Under the pieces are notes generated by a model that was not told where the DNA came from, searched no databases, and saw only the letters and a list, made by a program, of their open reading frames with translations. The position numbers and the translations under genes were made by a program. Shown piece by piece: positions 10,223 through 18,778 of a stretch of DNA of 32,000 nucleotides. Origin of the DNA: Hyphomicrobiales bacterium (GTDB lineage Bacteria; Pseudomonadota; Alphaproteobacteria; Rhizobiales; Rhodomicrobiaceae); the NCBI GenBank assembly GCA_034440495.1, contig JAWXCE010000001.1:60478-92477 (forward strand), written 5' to 3'. The stretch's first letter is position 1; each line of letters starts with the position of its first letter.

Positions 10223-10690
10223 TCAGATTTGTTTCCAGGCGCCATCATACTGGCGGCAGGCTTTGCCACGAATGATTTCTGGCTCGCCGTCAATATAAAC
10301 CTCATGCTCGAATTCACGGCAGGTCTGGCTTTGGTACGTATAGCGGCGACCGGGCTTGATCACGCCATAACGCCCCTCACGCGAACTGCGCCACCGGCGC
10401 GGCTCGTTATCACGGCCATACTCCAGCGCTTGATATTCGGCGTCCATCGCCATCCGGCGTTCTTCCTCGTCGAGATCGCGGCCAATGCTGTTGCCGATAA
10501 TGCCGCCGATAATCACGCCTGCGGCGGTCGCAGCCACACGGCCTTTGCCAGAACCGAACTGGTTGCCAATGATACCCCCGCCAACAGCGCCGATGATCGT
10601 GCCGCTGTCCTGGTTGGTCATGCCGCCTGGGCCGCAGCTCGCCAGCATCGCTGCAAGAACGCTAATCGCCAGTAAAGAGTATGTCTTCAT
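10223..10690 (-). CDS. Glycine-zipper lipoprotein (17-kDa surface antigen-like)
   Basis: Lipobox MLASC after a signal peptide. Glycine zipper GAVGGGIIGN...AAGVIIGGIIGN and a conserved C-terminal Cys-containing domain. I prefer the ATG at 10690 (GAAGG upstream) to the track start at 10705. Confidence 0.7.
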   Translation of the reverse strand: MKTYSLLAISVLAAMLASCGPGGMTNQDSGTIIGAVGGGIIGNQFGSGKGRVAATAAGVIIGGIIGNSIGRDLDEEERRMAMDAEYQALEYGRDNEPRRWRSSREGRYGVIKPGRRYTYQSQTCREFEHEVYIDGEPEIIRGKACRQYDGAWKQI

Positions 10691-10783
10691 GTCCAAAACC
10701 TTCATTCTTGATGCGGGCCAGTCGAAACAATCACAGTTTGTATGAATCTACCAACTCCAATCCGGCATTTTTGCGGCTGCTAG

Positions 10784-12157
10784 TCAAGCGGATGGAAGGC
10801 TAATTATTGCCTTAAGGCCACCGGCGTCGGCTTTTTCCAGAACGAATTTGCCTTGGTACAAATGCGCCAGATCAGCAACGATTGACAAGCCAAGCCCTGA
10901 GCCGGGCCGCGTTTCGTCATACCGGCGTCCCCGCTTGATAACGCTGGCGCGCTGCTCCTCAGTCAGGCCCGGGCCGTCATCGCTAACCACCACGGTGAAC
11001 ATCCTTACCTCAGAGCCGGACGCTGGCGACTGTGCGACGGTAAGCGTCACGGACGACTGCGCCCACTTGAACGCATTGTCCATGAGGTTGCCAACGATAT
11101 CCTCCAGATCCTGTTTTTCCCCTTTAAACTTCAAATCCGCCGGACCCTCGATTGTCACAGTAAGATTTCGGTCGCGATAAATCCGCTCAAGCGCACTGCC
11201 GAGGGCTGTGACGATAGGCTTGACCGGCGCGACGCTGCCAATAACGCCTGAACGTGCGGCAATACGCGCCCGGTTAAGATGGTGATCGATCTGCTGGCGC
11301 ATGACATCGGCCTGCTCTGCCACTTTCTCCGCAAAGGGCGAATCGGTGGTCTGCGCCTCGTTGATAATGACGCTGAGGGGGGTTTTTAACGCATGCGCAA
11401 GATTGCCGACGTGCGTGCGTGCGCGATCGACAATATGGACGTTTGATTGAATGAGCGCGTTTAGCTCGTTTTGCAGAGGCAAAATTTCCTGGGGCAAAAC
11501 GCCTTCAAGTCGCTCCGCCTCTCCTGAACGGATTGCGGAAAGGCGCGTTCCGATGTCCCGAAGAGGCCATAAACCATATCGCACCTGAAAAAACGTCGCG
11601 AGCATGAGGCCGGCTGCCAAAATCATCAGATTAAGAATAAGCGTCGCCGTAAAATCGTAGATGGCTTCCTCCGCCCCACTTTTATCAAGCGCGACAGCGT
11701 AGGAAAATGACTGCTGTTGATCTCCATCGCTGTAAGACACTTCCCGCTCCATAACGCGAAGTTTTTGTTCATCCGGCCCGTCGATCTCCGCCACGCGAAT
11801 CAACTGTAAGTCTGGGCTGACACCAAGTTCGCTGGGAAGCTTCAATGTTTCGGAGACTAGGGATTCAGATTGGATGATGGTAGGTTGCGACGTTCCTAGC
11901 GTTTTGATCTGCCAGTAATAGCCGGAGAGAGGAAGCAGGAACCTGGCTTCGCCAAGGTTTGGCGCCTTCAACTCCACGCCCTTGTCAGGATATGTGCTCC
12001 CGATAAGATAGGTGAGGTAGACGTTTAGGTCTTCGTTGAAGCCGTCTTCGATCTGGCCGCGATAACCGCTGACCAGAACCAGCGCCGTTACGGGCAGAAC
12101 CAGCAGCGACCAGACGGCGAATGACACGAAAAGGCGGAAGGCTAGGGAGTTAGGCAT
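10784..12157 (-). CDS. Sensor histidine kinase (large periplasmic domain, HAMP, HisKA, HATPase_c)
   Basis: H-box VGNLAHALKTPLSVI, N-box MDNAFKW, G-boxes DDGPGL and GSGLGLSIV. Overlaps the response regulator gene by 8 nt. Confidence 0.9.
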   Translation of the reverse strand: MPNSLAFRLFVSFAVWSLLVLPVTALVLVSGYRGQIEDGFNEDLNVYLTYLIGSTYPDKGVELKAPNLGEARFLLPLSGYYWQIKTLGTSQPTIIQSESLVSETLKLPSELGVSPDLQLIRVAEIDGPDEQKLRVMEREVSYSDGDQQQSFSYAVALDKSGAEEAIYDFTATLILNLMILAAGLMLATFFQVRYGLWPLRDIGTRLSAIRSGEAERLEGVLPQEILPLQNELNALIQSNVHIVDRARTHVGNLAHALKTPLSVIINEAQTTDSPFAEKVAEQADVMRQQIDHHLNRARIAARSGVIGSVAPVKPIVTALGSALERIYRDRNLTVTIEGPADLKFKGEKQDLEDIVGNLMDNAFKWAQSSVTLTVAQSPASGSEVRMFTVVVSDDGPGLTEEQRASVIKRGRRYDETRPGSGLGLSIVADLAHLYQGKFVLEKADAGGLKAIISLPSA

Positions 12158-12821
12158 TTTGGCTCTGGCTGGTCAGGCAATAGCCGAGGCCGCGCATCGT
12201 AAGGATCAGATTGGCGGGAATTTTGCGCCGTAGCCGACCGACAAACACCTCGATCGTGTTGGAATCGCGGTCGAAGTCCTGCTCGTACAAATGTTCCACG
12301 AGTTCGCCGCGCGAGACAATTCGGCCTTGATGATGCATCAGATAAGCGAGCAGACGATACTCAAGGGACGTAAGCTTGATTGGTTGGCCGCTGACTGTCA
12401 CCCGCCCGGATTTAGTGTCGAGCCGCAACTCCCCACATTCGATTTCAGATTTGGCGAGTCCTGCCGAACGGCGCAACAGCGCCCGCACGCGCGCTAGCAA
12501 CTCCTCCATGTGAAAAGGCTTTGATACGTAATCGTCCGCGCCGGCGTCCATTCCGGAAACCTTGTCGCTCCAGCGATCACGGGCGGTAAGCACAAGCACG
12601 GGCATCTTGCGGTTATCGCGCCGCCAATTTTCCAGCACGCTAAGGCCGTCGCGTTTGGGTAACCCCAAATCCAGGATTACAGCGTCGTAGGGTTCGGTGT
12701 CGCCAAGAAAGTGTCCCTCTTCGCCATCGAATGCCGCGTCGACTGCATAGCCCGCAAAGCTCAAGGCCGAGACAAGCTGCCGGTTCAAATCCTTGTCGTC
12801 TTCAATCACGAGCAGCCGCAA
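12150..12821 (-). CDS. OmpR-family response regulator
   Basis: MRLLVIEDD, DAVILDLGLPKRDG, K in YVSKPF, and C-terminal wHTH LEYRLLAYLMHHQGRIVSRGEL...MRGLGYCL. Confidence 0.92.
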   Translation of the reverse strand: MRLLVIEDDKDLNRQLVSALSFAGYAVDAAFDGEEGHFLGDTEPYDAVILDLGLPKRDGLSVLENWRRDNRKMPVLVLTARDRWSDKVSGMDAGADDYVSKPFHMEELLARVRALLRRSAGLAKSEIECGELRLDTKSGRVTVSGQPIKLTSLEYRLLAYLMHHQGRIVSRGELVEHLYEQDFDRDSNTIEVFVGRLRRKIPANLILTMRGLGYCLTSQSQNA

Positions 12822-12830
12822 TTTATGCCC

Positions 12831-13094
12831 TCACTTTGCCCCGACGGTCACCGTCTTTATATGTCGCCCGGTATCGATGACGATACGAATAGTTGCGCCT
12901 GCGCCTTGTCCGCAAAGCTGCACGTTTATAATGCGCGCGCCTGCATACCGGGACAGTATTTCCTTTTGAACCTGACCTATGGACTTGTAATCCCGCGACG
13001 ACCACGAACTGACGCAGCCAGCTTTCACGTCGGTTGAGGGGAATGCGATGGCCCATAAAACCATCATCATCCAGACTATATTCATTTTCCGCAT
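12831..13094 (-). CDS. Small secreted PepSY-like protein
   Basis: From the internal start MRKMNIVWMMMVLWAIAFP (signal peptide, ATG at 13094). The body SIGQVQKEILSRYAGARIINVQL...IRIVIDTGRHIKTVTV resembles PepSY modules often found beside two-component systems. The assignment is by pattern only. Confidence 0.45.
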   Translation of the reverse strand: MRKMNIVWMMMVLWAIAFPSTDVKAGCVSSWSSRDYKSIGQVQKEILSRYAGARIINVQLCGQGAGATIRIVIDTGRHIKTVTVGAK

Positions 13095-13183
13095 AGCGGC
13101 GTCACCGTTCTTCTTCAAACTATGGCAAAAATACGTGTTGACGGCTGAATGTATCATGAATGCGTCACTCGCCAGACATAAGG

Positions 13184-13216
13184 CGAAAAAGGCGCGCCGC
13201 AACTATTGCGGCGCGG
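13184..13216 (-). terminator. Rho-independent terminator closing the GTA-distal lysis-like genes
   Basis: Perfect 10-bp stem cgcgccgcaa (13193-13202) / ttgcggcgcg (13206-13215) with a 3-nt loop. On the minus strand it is followed by TTTTT, the complement of 13186-13190. Confidence 0.55.
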
Positions 13217-13226
13217 ATGTGGCGAA

Positions 13227-13424
13227 TTAGCTGTCGGAGTCGCTTTCATAGTCGTCGCCGCCATCGCCTATCAAAATGGCGGCGACGCCTGCAAACGACG
13301 CGAGAGCGCCGAAAACCTGGTTCCAGTCGTCTTCGCTTAGGCCAAAGATGCCAAGACCTGCAAAAAGCGCGGCCGCGCCGGCGTAGGTGGACGGTTCGCG
13401 CAGGCGATCAAAAATAAAACGCAT
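13227..13424 (-). CDS. Small membrane protein with two hydrophobic segments and an acidic tail (holin-like topology, function unknown)
   Basis: 65 aa: YAGAAALFAGLGIFGL and VFGALASFAGVAAILIG, then DGGDDYESDSDS. AGGAG lies 7 nt upstream of the ATG, and the gene starts 23 nt downstream of the GH108 gene. Confidence 0.55.
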   Translation of the reverse strand: MRFIFDRLREPSTYAGAAALFAGLGIFGLSEDDWNQVFGALASFAGVAAILIGDGGDDYESDSDS

Positions 13425-13447
13425 GATAATGCTCCTGTTTTCTGTGG

Positions 13448-13993
13448 TTAAACTTTCGACTTGGGGTAAGCGTTTTTAGCGCGCTGCAAGGCCATTGCTT
13501 CGGCCATGGTCGCCATTAGCCGACGCGACCAGCCGAGGCCGAATGCAGAGAACAGACGGCTGAGGAGGCCGTAATGCCGCATACGCAGCGCCATGAATTC
13601 AAGCAACAACGCGCGCCCGTCGGCGGTCTTCACCGCAGCAATGGTGCGTTCGCCAATCGCCCCGTCAACGCGAACGCGAGCCGCTTGCTGCAACCATTTG
13701 CGCGCTCGCCCGACGCCCTGATTCACAGCGCAATCGAACACGGCGAGGTCGATGCCGGGCGGCAGCCGGTCGCACGCCGCCAAATTCCAGTAATCTTTCC
13801 GGTAAATCGCCGCAGCCTCGGACGACTTGAGCGCGCGCACCTCGGATTTGGTGACGGAGCGTTTGCGAAATCGCTCCAGCGTGCGTTTCGTTATGCCGAG
13901 ATTGGTCGCGCCGCCGGGATCGAGCGGATGGTCGCTGTAGCCGCCCTCAAACTTGAGTACGTGCTTGAGCGCGGCGGAGAAATTTTCTTTCAA
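13448..13993 (-). CDS. GH108-family muramidase-like protein with a PG_binding_3-like C-terminal domain
   Basis: KHVLKFEGGYSDHPLDPGGATNLGIT plus YRKDYW and DCAVNQGVGRA motifs are typical of Glyco_hydro_108/PG_binding_3. I place the start at TTG 13993, with GGAGG at 14003..13999, giving MKENFSAALKHVL. The track ORF extends to 14095 across a hairpin. Confidence 0.8.
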   Translation of the reverse strand: MKENFSAALKHVLKFEGGYSDHPLDPGGATNLGITKRTLERFRKRSVTKSEVRALKSSEAAAIYRKDYWNLAACDRLPPGIDLAVFDCAVNQGVGRARKWLQQAARVRVDGAIGERTIAAVKTADGRALLLEFMALRMRHYGLLSRLFSAFGLGWSRRLMATMAEAMALQRAKNAYPKSKV

Positions 13994-14004
13994 ACTCGCC
14001 TCCA

Positions 14005-14028
14005 ATAAAAATGCCGCCCGGAGGCGGC
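14005..14028 (-). terminator. Terminator- or attenuator-like hairpin between the small membrane protein gene and the GH108 gene
   Basis: GCCGCC-cgga-GGCGGC at 14013-14028. On the minus strand it is followed by ATTTTTATT, which runs into the GGAGG of the GH108 gene. Confidence 0.4.
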
Positions 14029-14052
14029 GTGGCTGATAAAAATCTGTTGGAG

Positions 14053-14244
14053 TCAGCGCTCGCGCCGCTGCTGTCGTTCTCGCACGAACAGCCAAAGCCG
14101 TCCCGCGCCGAGCACAAGGCCGACACCCAGCGAGGCCGTTGTTAAAAGCTGGTTGACCTCATTCAACCAAGGCGCCCAGGCAGGCGCCGAGATGAGGCTA
14201 GTGGCAATGGCGCCATCGCCCATACCCGAGTCATTGTCTGTCAT
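14053..14244 (-). CDS. Small membrane protein with a basic C-terminal tail (function unknown)
   Basis: From the internal ATG at 14244 (GAAAGG upstream): MTDNDSGMGDGAIATSLISAPAWAPWL...LLTTASLGVGLVLGAGRLWLFV, then RERQQRRER. Lies directly downstream of g15. Confidence 0.45.
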   Translation of the reverse strand: MTDNDSGMGDGAIATSLISAPAWAPWLNEVNQLLTTASLGVGLVLGAGRLWLFVRERQQRRER

Positions 14245-14337
14245 CGATTGCCTTTCGCGTTGATTGCGTCCTTGAGGCCCAGTTGGGCAAGGTGCGGGAA
14301 ATTTTGCCATGAGCGGAGTTTGCCGAGCCATGATCGC

Positions 14338-17300
14338 TTAAACCGTCGCTTGCCGCGCCGCGCCCCGCCCGATAACAGCGCTCATCTGATGTACGCGCAC
14401 GGTGACGGCGGCCTGCGCCGCGCCAAAATCTGCGATTTGCTGCGCGACGGTGTAAACGGCGGCGGGCGCCGTGATAGCGAACGTGCGTACCACAGCCCCA
14501 CCGTTCATCACATCCACCTCATAAGTCTCGCGCTCTTCGGCGAGAGGTATATCTGGCGCTTCCCAGCCATCGCCGCCAATGCGGGTGCGCCGCACCCACG
14601 AGATGGCGAGGTCGCCGCTGGAACGAGCGCCGCGCACATGCACCGGCGACAGAGGCCGCAAACCCGCGCTGGAAAATGCCTGCGTAACGGTCTTAAAAGC
14701 CGGATCGCCGACCGCGTAGGGCACCGGACCATAAGTCCATATAAAGTCACGGTCAATCTCATCCAGCGTTATCTGCGCTTCCTCTACAGCGGTGTCGATG
14801 AGCACGAACCGGGCGCCTGCCGCGACAGGCAAACGCATGGCGCCTTCAGTGCCGTGCTGCCCGCGCAACAGCCTGGTCAGTTCGTATGTGCGCGGCGCAA
14901 TAAGCGTGACGGTCTCAAACTGCAAAACCTCCCATTCGCCATCGGCGTTCTGGATCGCCGCCGTGTTTGCGCCGCCCAGCAAATCGAGTGCGGGCACGGA
15001 TTGCAGCGCGCCGCCGTAAAGCCGGATGGAGAGCCGCGCGCCGCGATCCCATCGCGAAGTCGGCCCGGCGGAGAACGCGCTGGTCGTTTCCCCCATCGTC
15101 GCCGGGAATGAGGCGAGGGTGTTCAGCGCAAACCCGGCCCCCGTTGCCGAGCGATAGAACGCGGCGCCGCTCCATGGCGAGGCGAAAGCGGCGAGGCGGC
15201 CCGCATGCGGCGTCTCCGCGCCAGTAATGAGCGGCAAATCCATGAACGCGGCGATAACGGGGCCGAAAGTCGGCGGCTGGTTCCCCGAAGCAGGCCGGGC
15301 TGCCGCGCGAGTGCGCTCATACACATGCGGTGCGATAGAGCGCGCCTCCACGCTGATAGCGTCGCCCACGCTGGTCTCGGTGATGCGCAAATCAAACGCC
15401 CGCCCGCCCGCGGTGATTATCACTCCATCCGCCGTCTCCAGCGCGAGACGCGAGGGCGGCAGGGAGAATGAGGCGCTCTCCCGCGCCGCCCATGTCTCGT
15501 GCAGCCAGGTCTCGGCAATGCTTTGCGCCTGCGCGTAATCCATAACCGCTGCTACGCTCGCCTGGCTTACGCGCCCGGAACGCATCGCGAGCCGTCGCGC
15601 CTCCGCCGCCCCCTGCTCGTAATCTTTGCTAGCGTCGGCGTAGGAGAGCTTTACCGCGTGCGGCAACTCGGTTTCCTGCCCGCGCGTGACGGCGATAAGC
15701 GGCGCCGATGGCGCGGTTTCCACCAGATCATCCGGCGTAAGCGAGGCGACGGCGCCTGCTTGTTCGCGATGCCTGAAACGGATAACGCCGCCGCTCTCGA
15801 AAGCGTCGAAGAAAAACGCCAGCTCCAGCGGCTGCAGAGCGTCGCGCGCGCTCATCACCCGGTCAAGGGCGTAACCGTGCATGTGACCGGCGAGATTGCT
15901 TGCATCAAACTCGGTGAAACTGCTGTCGCCCAAAATTGCGGCAACCGTTTCGCCCAGCGGCGCACCCGCCAGCCGCCCGTTCAGCCAATGTCCGAACTCC
16001 CAGTTCGCGCCGTCGCTCCAGGCGTTCGTATTGTTTGGGAACGCCGGGTAAGGCCGCGCATCCCATGTGTAGACGAACATGCGCGACGGCTCCACCATTC
16101 GCCCGCTGTAAATCGCGCTCACCGGATTGGCGGCGGCGTCGAATGCCGGGTTTGCCGGGTCGAAAGCGCGCATGAAAGCCTGCAAATAGCGCCGCTGCAT
16201 AAGGTCGTCGCGAACGCCGCGTGAGTAATAAGGCAGCGCGCTTTCCGAGCTTTTCGGGTCATAGAACACGTTGGGCTGGTTTGCGCCTTTATCGACGGCG
16301 GGGCAGCCCAACTCCATGAACCAGAAAGGCTTTGATTGCGGTATCCACGCCGTGGGCGCGGCCGCTTCGACGCCTCCAACGCGACTATAGTGCGCGTTTG
16401 TCCACCAGTTTTTGATATCTTTAAAGCGGTAAATCCATGGCTTGTCGTAAGCGCCATCGGTGATAAGCGTGCGGTTTTGCGCGTCCCGGGCGACGGCGCT
16501 GGCGTAGTACCAGTCATAACCTTCCCCGCCACTTATGTTAGCGCGCAAGTAACCAGGATCGTGGATCGAACTCGCGTTTGCGGCGTCCAGGTGCTCGCCA
16601 TCGCGCCAGTCGGCGAGCGGCCAATATACATCCATGCCGACGGCGTCGATGGCCGCGCTCGCCCACAGCGGGTCAAGGTGAAAATGCACATCGCCCAAGC
16701 CATCCGTCGGCTGATGGCCGAAATACTCGCTCCAATCCGCCGCATACGTGATTTTGGCTGATGGCAACACGGCTTTCACATCCGCCGCTAATGCTACAAG
16801 CGCCGTGACGAACGGATAGCTGGAGGCGCCGTCGCGCACCCACGTCAACCCGCGCATTTCCGAGCCGATGACGAATGCCTCCACGCCGCCCGCAGCCTTG
16901 GCGAGGTGCGCCATGTGCAGAATAAAGCGGCGGTAGCTCCATTCATCCGGGCCGGAGTAAGTGACCGCCCCTTCAGAGATTGCGAAATCCGAGATCGCTG
17001 CGCTGCCGACAAACGCCGCGACTTGCGCTATGGCAGCGGCGGTTTTATCAGGCGAGCCGGGTTGACCAGCACCGGGCGAGCATGTGATGCGCCCGCGCCA
17101 TGGGTATACGGGTTGCGAAGCCGCGCCTGTATAAGGGTCGGGCAGCGCGTTGCCCGCCGGTACGTCCATAAGCATGAACGGCGTCAGCACCGGCGACAAT
17201 CCTCGCGCGCGCAAATCCTTAATTGCGGCGACGACGCTCGCATCGGACGTGGTGCCGCCAAACGCCGGGCGTCCGTCCACTTGCGAGACGACTTGCGCCT

Positions 17301-18246
17301 GCGCCCGCGTTAACCCCGCCGCCGACCATTCGAGCGGGCTGGTTTTCTTGTCCGCGATTTCGACTTTCGGGCGGATCTCGCATTCTCCGCAACGCAAATC
17401 CGAGCCGAACCACGCAATGAACAGCGACACGGCGGCGGCGTTTGGTAGCGTGTCCTGCAACTGATCGAGTGATACCGCAAAATCCGAGCCGCCAAGCCGC
17501 GAGCGGCGATTTTCGGTCAGCGTCACGCCATCGCCCGCGTCGCGGCGCACTTCGGCTGGCTCATAGGCGAACTCGCCCGCCGCAGGAATGAGCGTGATGG
17601 CGCGAATGCCCGCCTCGAAATTGTCCACCGCGCGGAACACCTCGAAATTGAGCTGCGGCAAGCGGTTGCCGAACTGTTTCAGCGGCATACGCTCGAACAC
17701 GATATACGCCACGCCGCGATAAGCAGGGGCATTACCCGCGCCCTGCTTCGCCTCGACAAGGCTGTCCGGCAGTTGCGCGTCGTCACCACGATGCACCCGA
17801 TAGGTGAACTGCGAGAGGTCGAGCTCCTCCCCATCCGCCCAGCAGCGGCCCAGCCTTGTGATTTCCCCCTCGCACAACGCCACGGCGAAATTAGCGTAGT
17901 AGCGATAAGACTTACCCGCGCTCGCTGGAGCCGCCGTCCCCTTGCCCGAGCCGGATGAAGCGGAGACGATCTCCTCCTCGAAATTTGTTGCCCAGATCAC
18001 TTGCCCACCGAGCCGCGCCCGGCCATAAAGCCTGGGAATCGGCGCGCCTTCGGTGGAGGCTGTCACCTGCAGGTCCGACAGACGTGAGCCGTTTCGCGCG
18101 CTCGTCTGCCCGGACGCGCCGAACAGCGCCTGATCTATGTAGCCGCCTGCGACAGCCCCGGCCGCCCGGCCAATAACGCCGCCAAGCCCGGGCAGCGCCG
18201 CGTTGCCAATGGCCGAGCCAGCAGCGGATAACGCCAAAGTCGCCAT
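14338..18246 (-). CDS. GTA g15-type baseplate multidomain / host-specificity protein (megatron-like)
   Basis: 1302 aa. The Gly/Ala-rich N-terminus followed by RLSDLQVTASTEGAPIPRLYGRARLGGQVIWATNFEE is typical of rcc01698-family proteins. Large central TIM-barrel-like region. It is the last gene of the cluster, after the NlpC/P60 gene. Confidence 0.9.
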   Translation of the reverse strand: MATLALSAAGSAIGNAALPGLGGVIGRAAGAVAGGYIDQALFGASGQTSARNGSRLSDLQVTASTEGAPIPRLYGRARLGGQVIWATNFEEEIVSASSGSGKGTAAPASAGKSYRYYANFAVALCEGEITRLGRCWADGEELDLSQFTYRVHRGDDAQLPDSLVEAKQGAGNAPAYRGVAYIVFERMPLKQFGNRLPQLNFEVFRAVDNFEAGIRAITLIPAAGEFAYEPAEVRRDAGDGVTLTENRRSRLGGSDFAVSLDQLQDTLPNAAAVSLFIAWFGSDLRCGECEIRPKVEIADKKTSPLEWSAAGLTRAQAQVVSQVDGRPAFGGTTSDASVVAAIKDLRARGLSPVLTPFMLMDVPAGNALPDPYTGAASQPVYPWRGRITCSPGAGQPGSPDKTAAAIAQVAAFVGSAAISDFAISEGAVTYSGPDEWSYRRFILHMAHLAKAAGGVEAFVIGSEMRGLTWVRDGASSYPFVTALVALAADVKAVLPSAKITYAADWSEYFGHQPTDGLGDVHFHLDPLWASAAIDAVGMDVYWPLADWRDGEHLDAANASSIHDPGYLRANISGGEGYDWYYASAVARDAQNRTLITDGAYDKPWIYRFKDIKNWWTNAHYSRVGGVEAAAPTAWIPQSKPFWFMELGCPAVDKGANQPNVFYDPKSSESALPYYSRGVRDDLMQRRYLQAFMRAFDPANPAFDAAANPVSAIYSGRMVEPSRMFVYTWDARPYPAFPNNTNAWSDGANWEFGHWLNGRLAGAPLGETVAAILGDSSFTEFDASNLAGHMHGYALDRVMSARDALQPLELAFFFDAFESGGVIRFRHREQAGAVASLTPDDLVETAPSAPLIAVTRGQETELPHAVKLSYADASKDYEQGAAEARRLAMRSGRVSQASVAAVMDYAQAQSIAETWLHETWAARESASFSLPPSRLALETADGVIITAGGRAFDLRITETSVGDAISVEARSIAPHVYERTRAAARPASGNQPPTFGPVIAAFMDLPLITGAETPHAGRLAAFASPWSGAAFYRSATGAGFALNTLASFPATMGETTSAFSAGPTSRWDRGARLSIRLYGGALQSVPALDLLGGANTAAIQNADGEWEVLQFETVTLIAPRTYELTRLLRGQHGTEGAMRLPVAAGARFVLIDTAVEEAQITLDEIDRDFIWTYGPVPYAVGDPAFKTVTQAFSSAGLRPLSPVHVRGARSSGDLAISWVRRTRIGGDGWEAPDIPLAEERETYEVDVMNGGAVVRTFAITAPAAVYTVAQQIADFGAAQAAVTVRVHQMSAVIGRGAARQATV

Positions 18247-18247
18247 G

Positions 18248-18778
18248 TCAGTCCTCCAAGTCGGGGAAACGGAAAGCGCCCGCGATGCGGCGGCGCCACC
18301 ATGGGCCGAGGCTCACCTCGCACACGGGTGCGCCCTCGCAGGCGTGAATCATGCGGCTAGAGCGGTTCCCGAAAAGTGTGACGCGGTCTTCCGGCGGGAA
18401 CCGCTCTTCGCTCAAGAATAGCGCCGATCCTGGTTTACATGAGCCGGGATCGTCGTTAAGCGCGGAGAGGATGGCGGCGTGCTTCGCCATCGCGCCCGCA
18501 CGCATGCGGAAGATGAGGACGTCGCCTGCGCCCGCATCCGCTACCGCAATTTCACGCAAATGGCGGCGCGCGGCCTCCAGCATGGTTTCGCTGGCGAAAG
18601 CCTCCGCCCAGTCGCGGCTATAGGGCGGCGGCGCTTCGGCAGGGCGGCCGCAAACTTCGGCGAACACGCCTCGTACGAGGCCAAGGCAATCGCAGCCAGC
18701 GCCGCGCCGAGCCGCCTGATGCTGATACGGTGTGCCGATCCAGCCCTGCGCCGCCGCCACGACTCGCTCGCGCGTCAT
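18248..18778 (-). CDS. GTA g14-type NlpC/P60 cell-wall peptidase, longer than I recall for this family
   Basis: WIGTPYQHQAARRGAGCDCLGLVRGVF (catalytic Cys), AMAKHAAIL (His), MIHACEGAPVCEVSLGPWWRRRIAGAFRFP. See the finding on the extra segment of about 38 aa between the His motif and the IHA motif. Confidence 0.88.
   Translation of the reverse strand: MTRERVVAAAQGWIGTPYQHQAARRGAGCDCLGLVRGVFAEVCGRPAEAPPPYSRDWAEAFASETMLEAARRHLREIAVADAGAGDVLIFRMRAGAMAKHAAILSALNDDPGSCKPGSALFLSEERFPPEDRVTLFGNRSSRMIHACEGAPVCEVSLGPWWRRRIAGAFRFPDLED
18359..18452. repeat. Two-hairpin palindromic element embedded in frame in g14
   Basis: Perfect 13-bp inverted repeat agagcggttcccg (18359-18371) / cgggaaccgctct (18395-18407). 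A second 9-bp inverted repeat, cgatcctgg (18425-18433) / ccgggatcg (18444-18452), has one mismatch. Confidence 0.45.

Noticed and set aside
10187-10745. Plus-strand ORFs 10187-10675 and 10485-10745
   Set aside because: They are antisense to the lipoprotein gene, which has a lipobox and glycine zipper. Their translations reflect the complement of the Gly-rich repeats.
13994-14095. 34-codon N-terminal extension of the GH108 ORF (MAVRARTTAAARAL...)
   Set aside because: It would overlap the upstream small gene and read through a terminator-like hairpin. A TTG with a GGAGG RBS gives the N-terminus typical of GH108 proteins (MKENFSAALKHVLKFEGG).
14248-16224. Long plus-strand ORFs (14248-15111, 15499-16224 and neighbours) antisense to g15
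   Set aside because: They are Arg/Ala/Pro-rich low-complexity translations with no motifs or RBS, and they lie entirely inside a well-supported 1302-aa gene on the other strand. This is the expected open antisense frame in DNA of about 65% GC.
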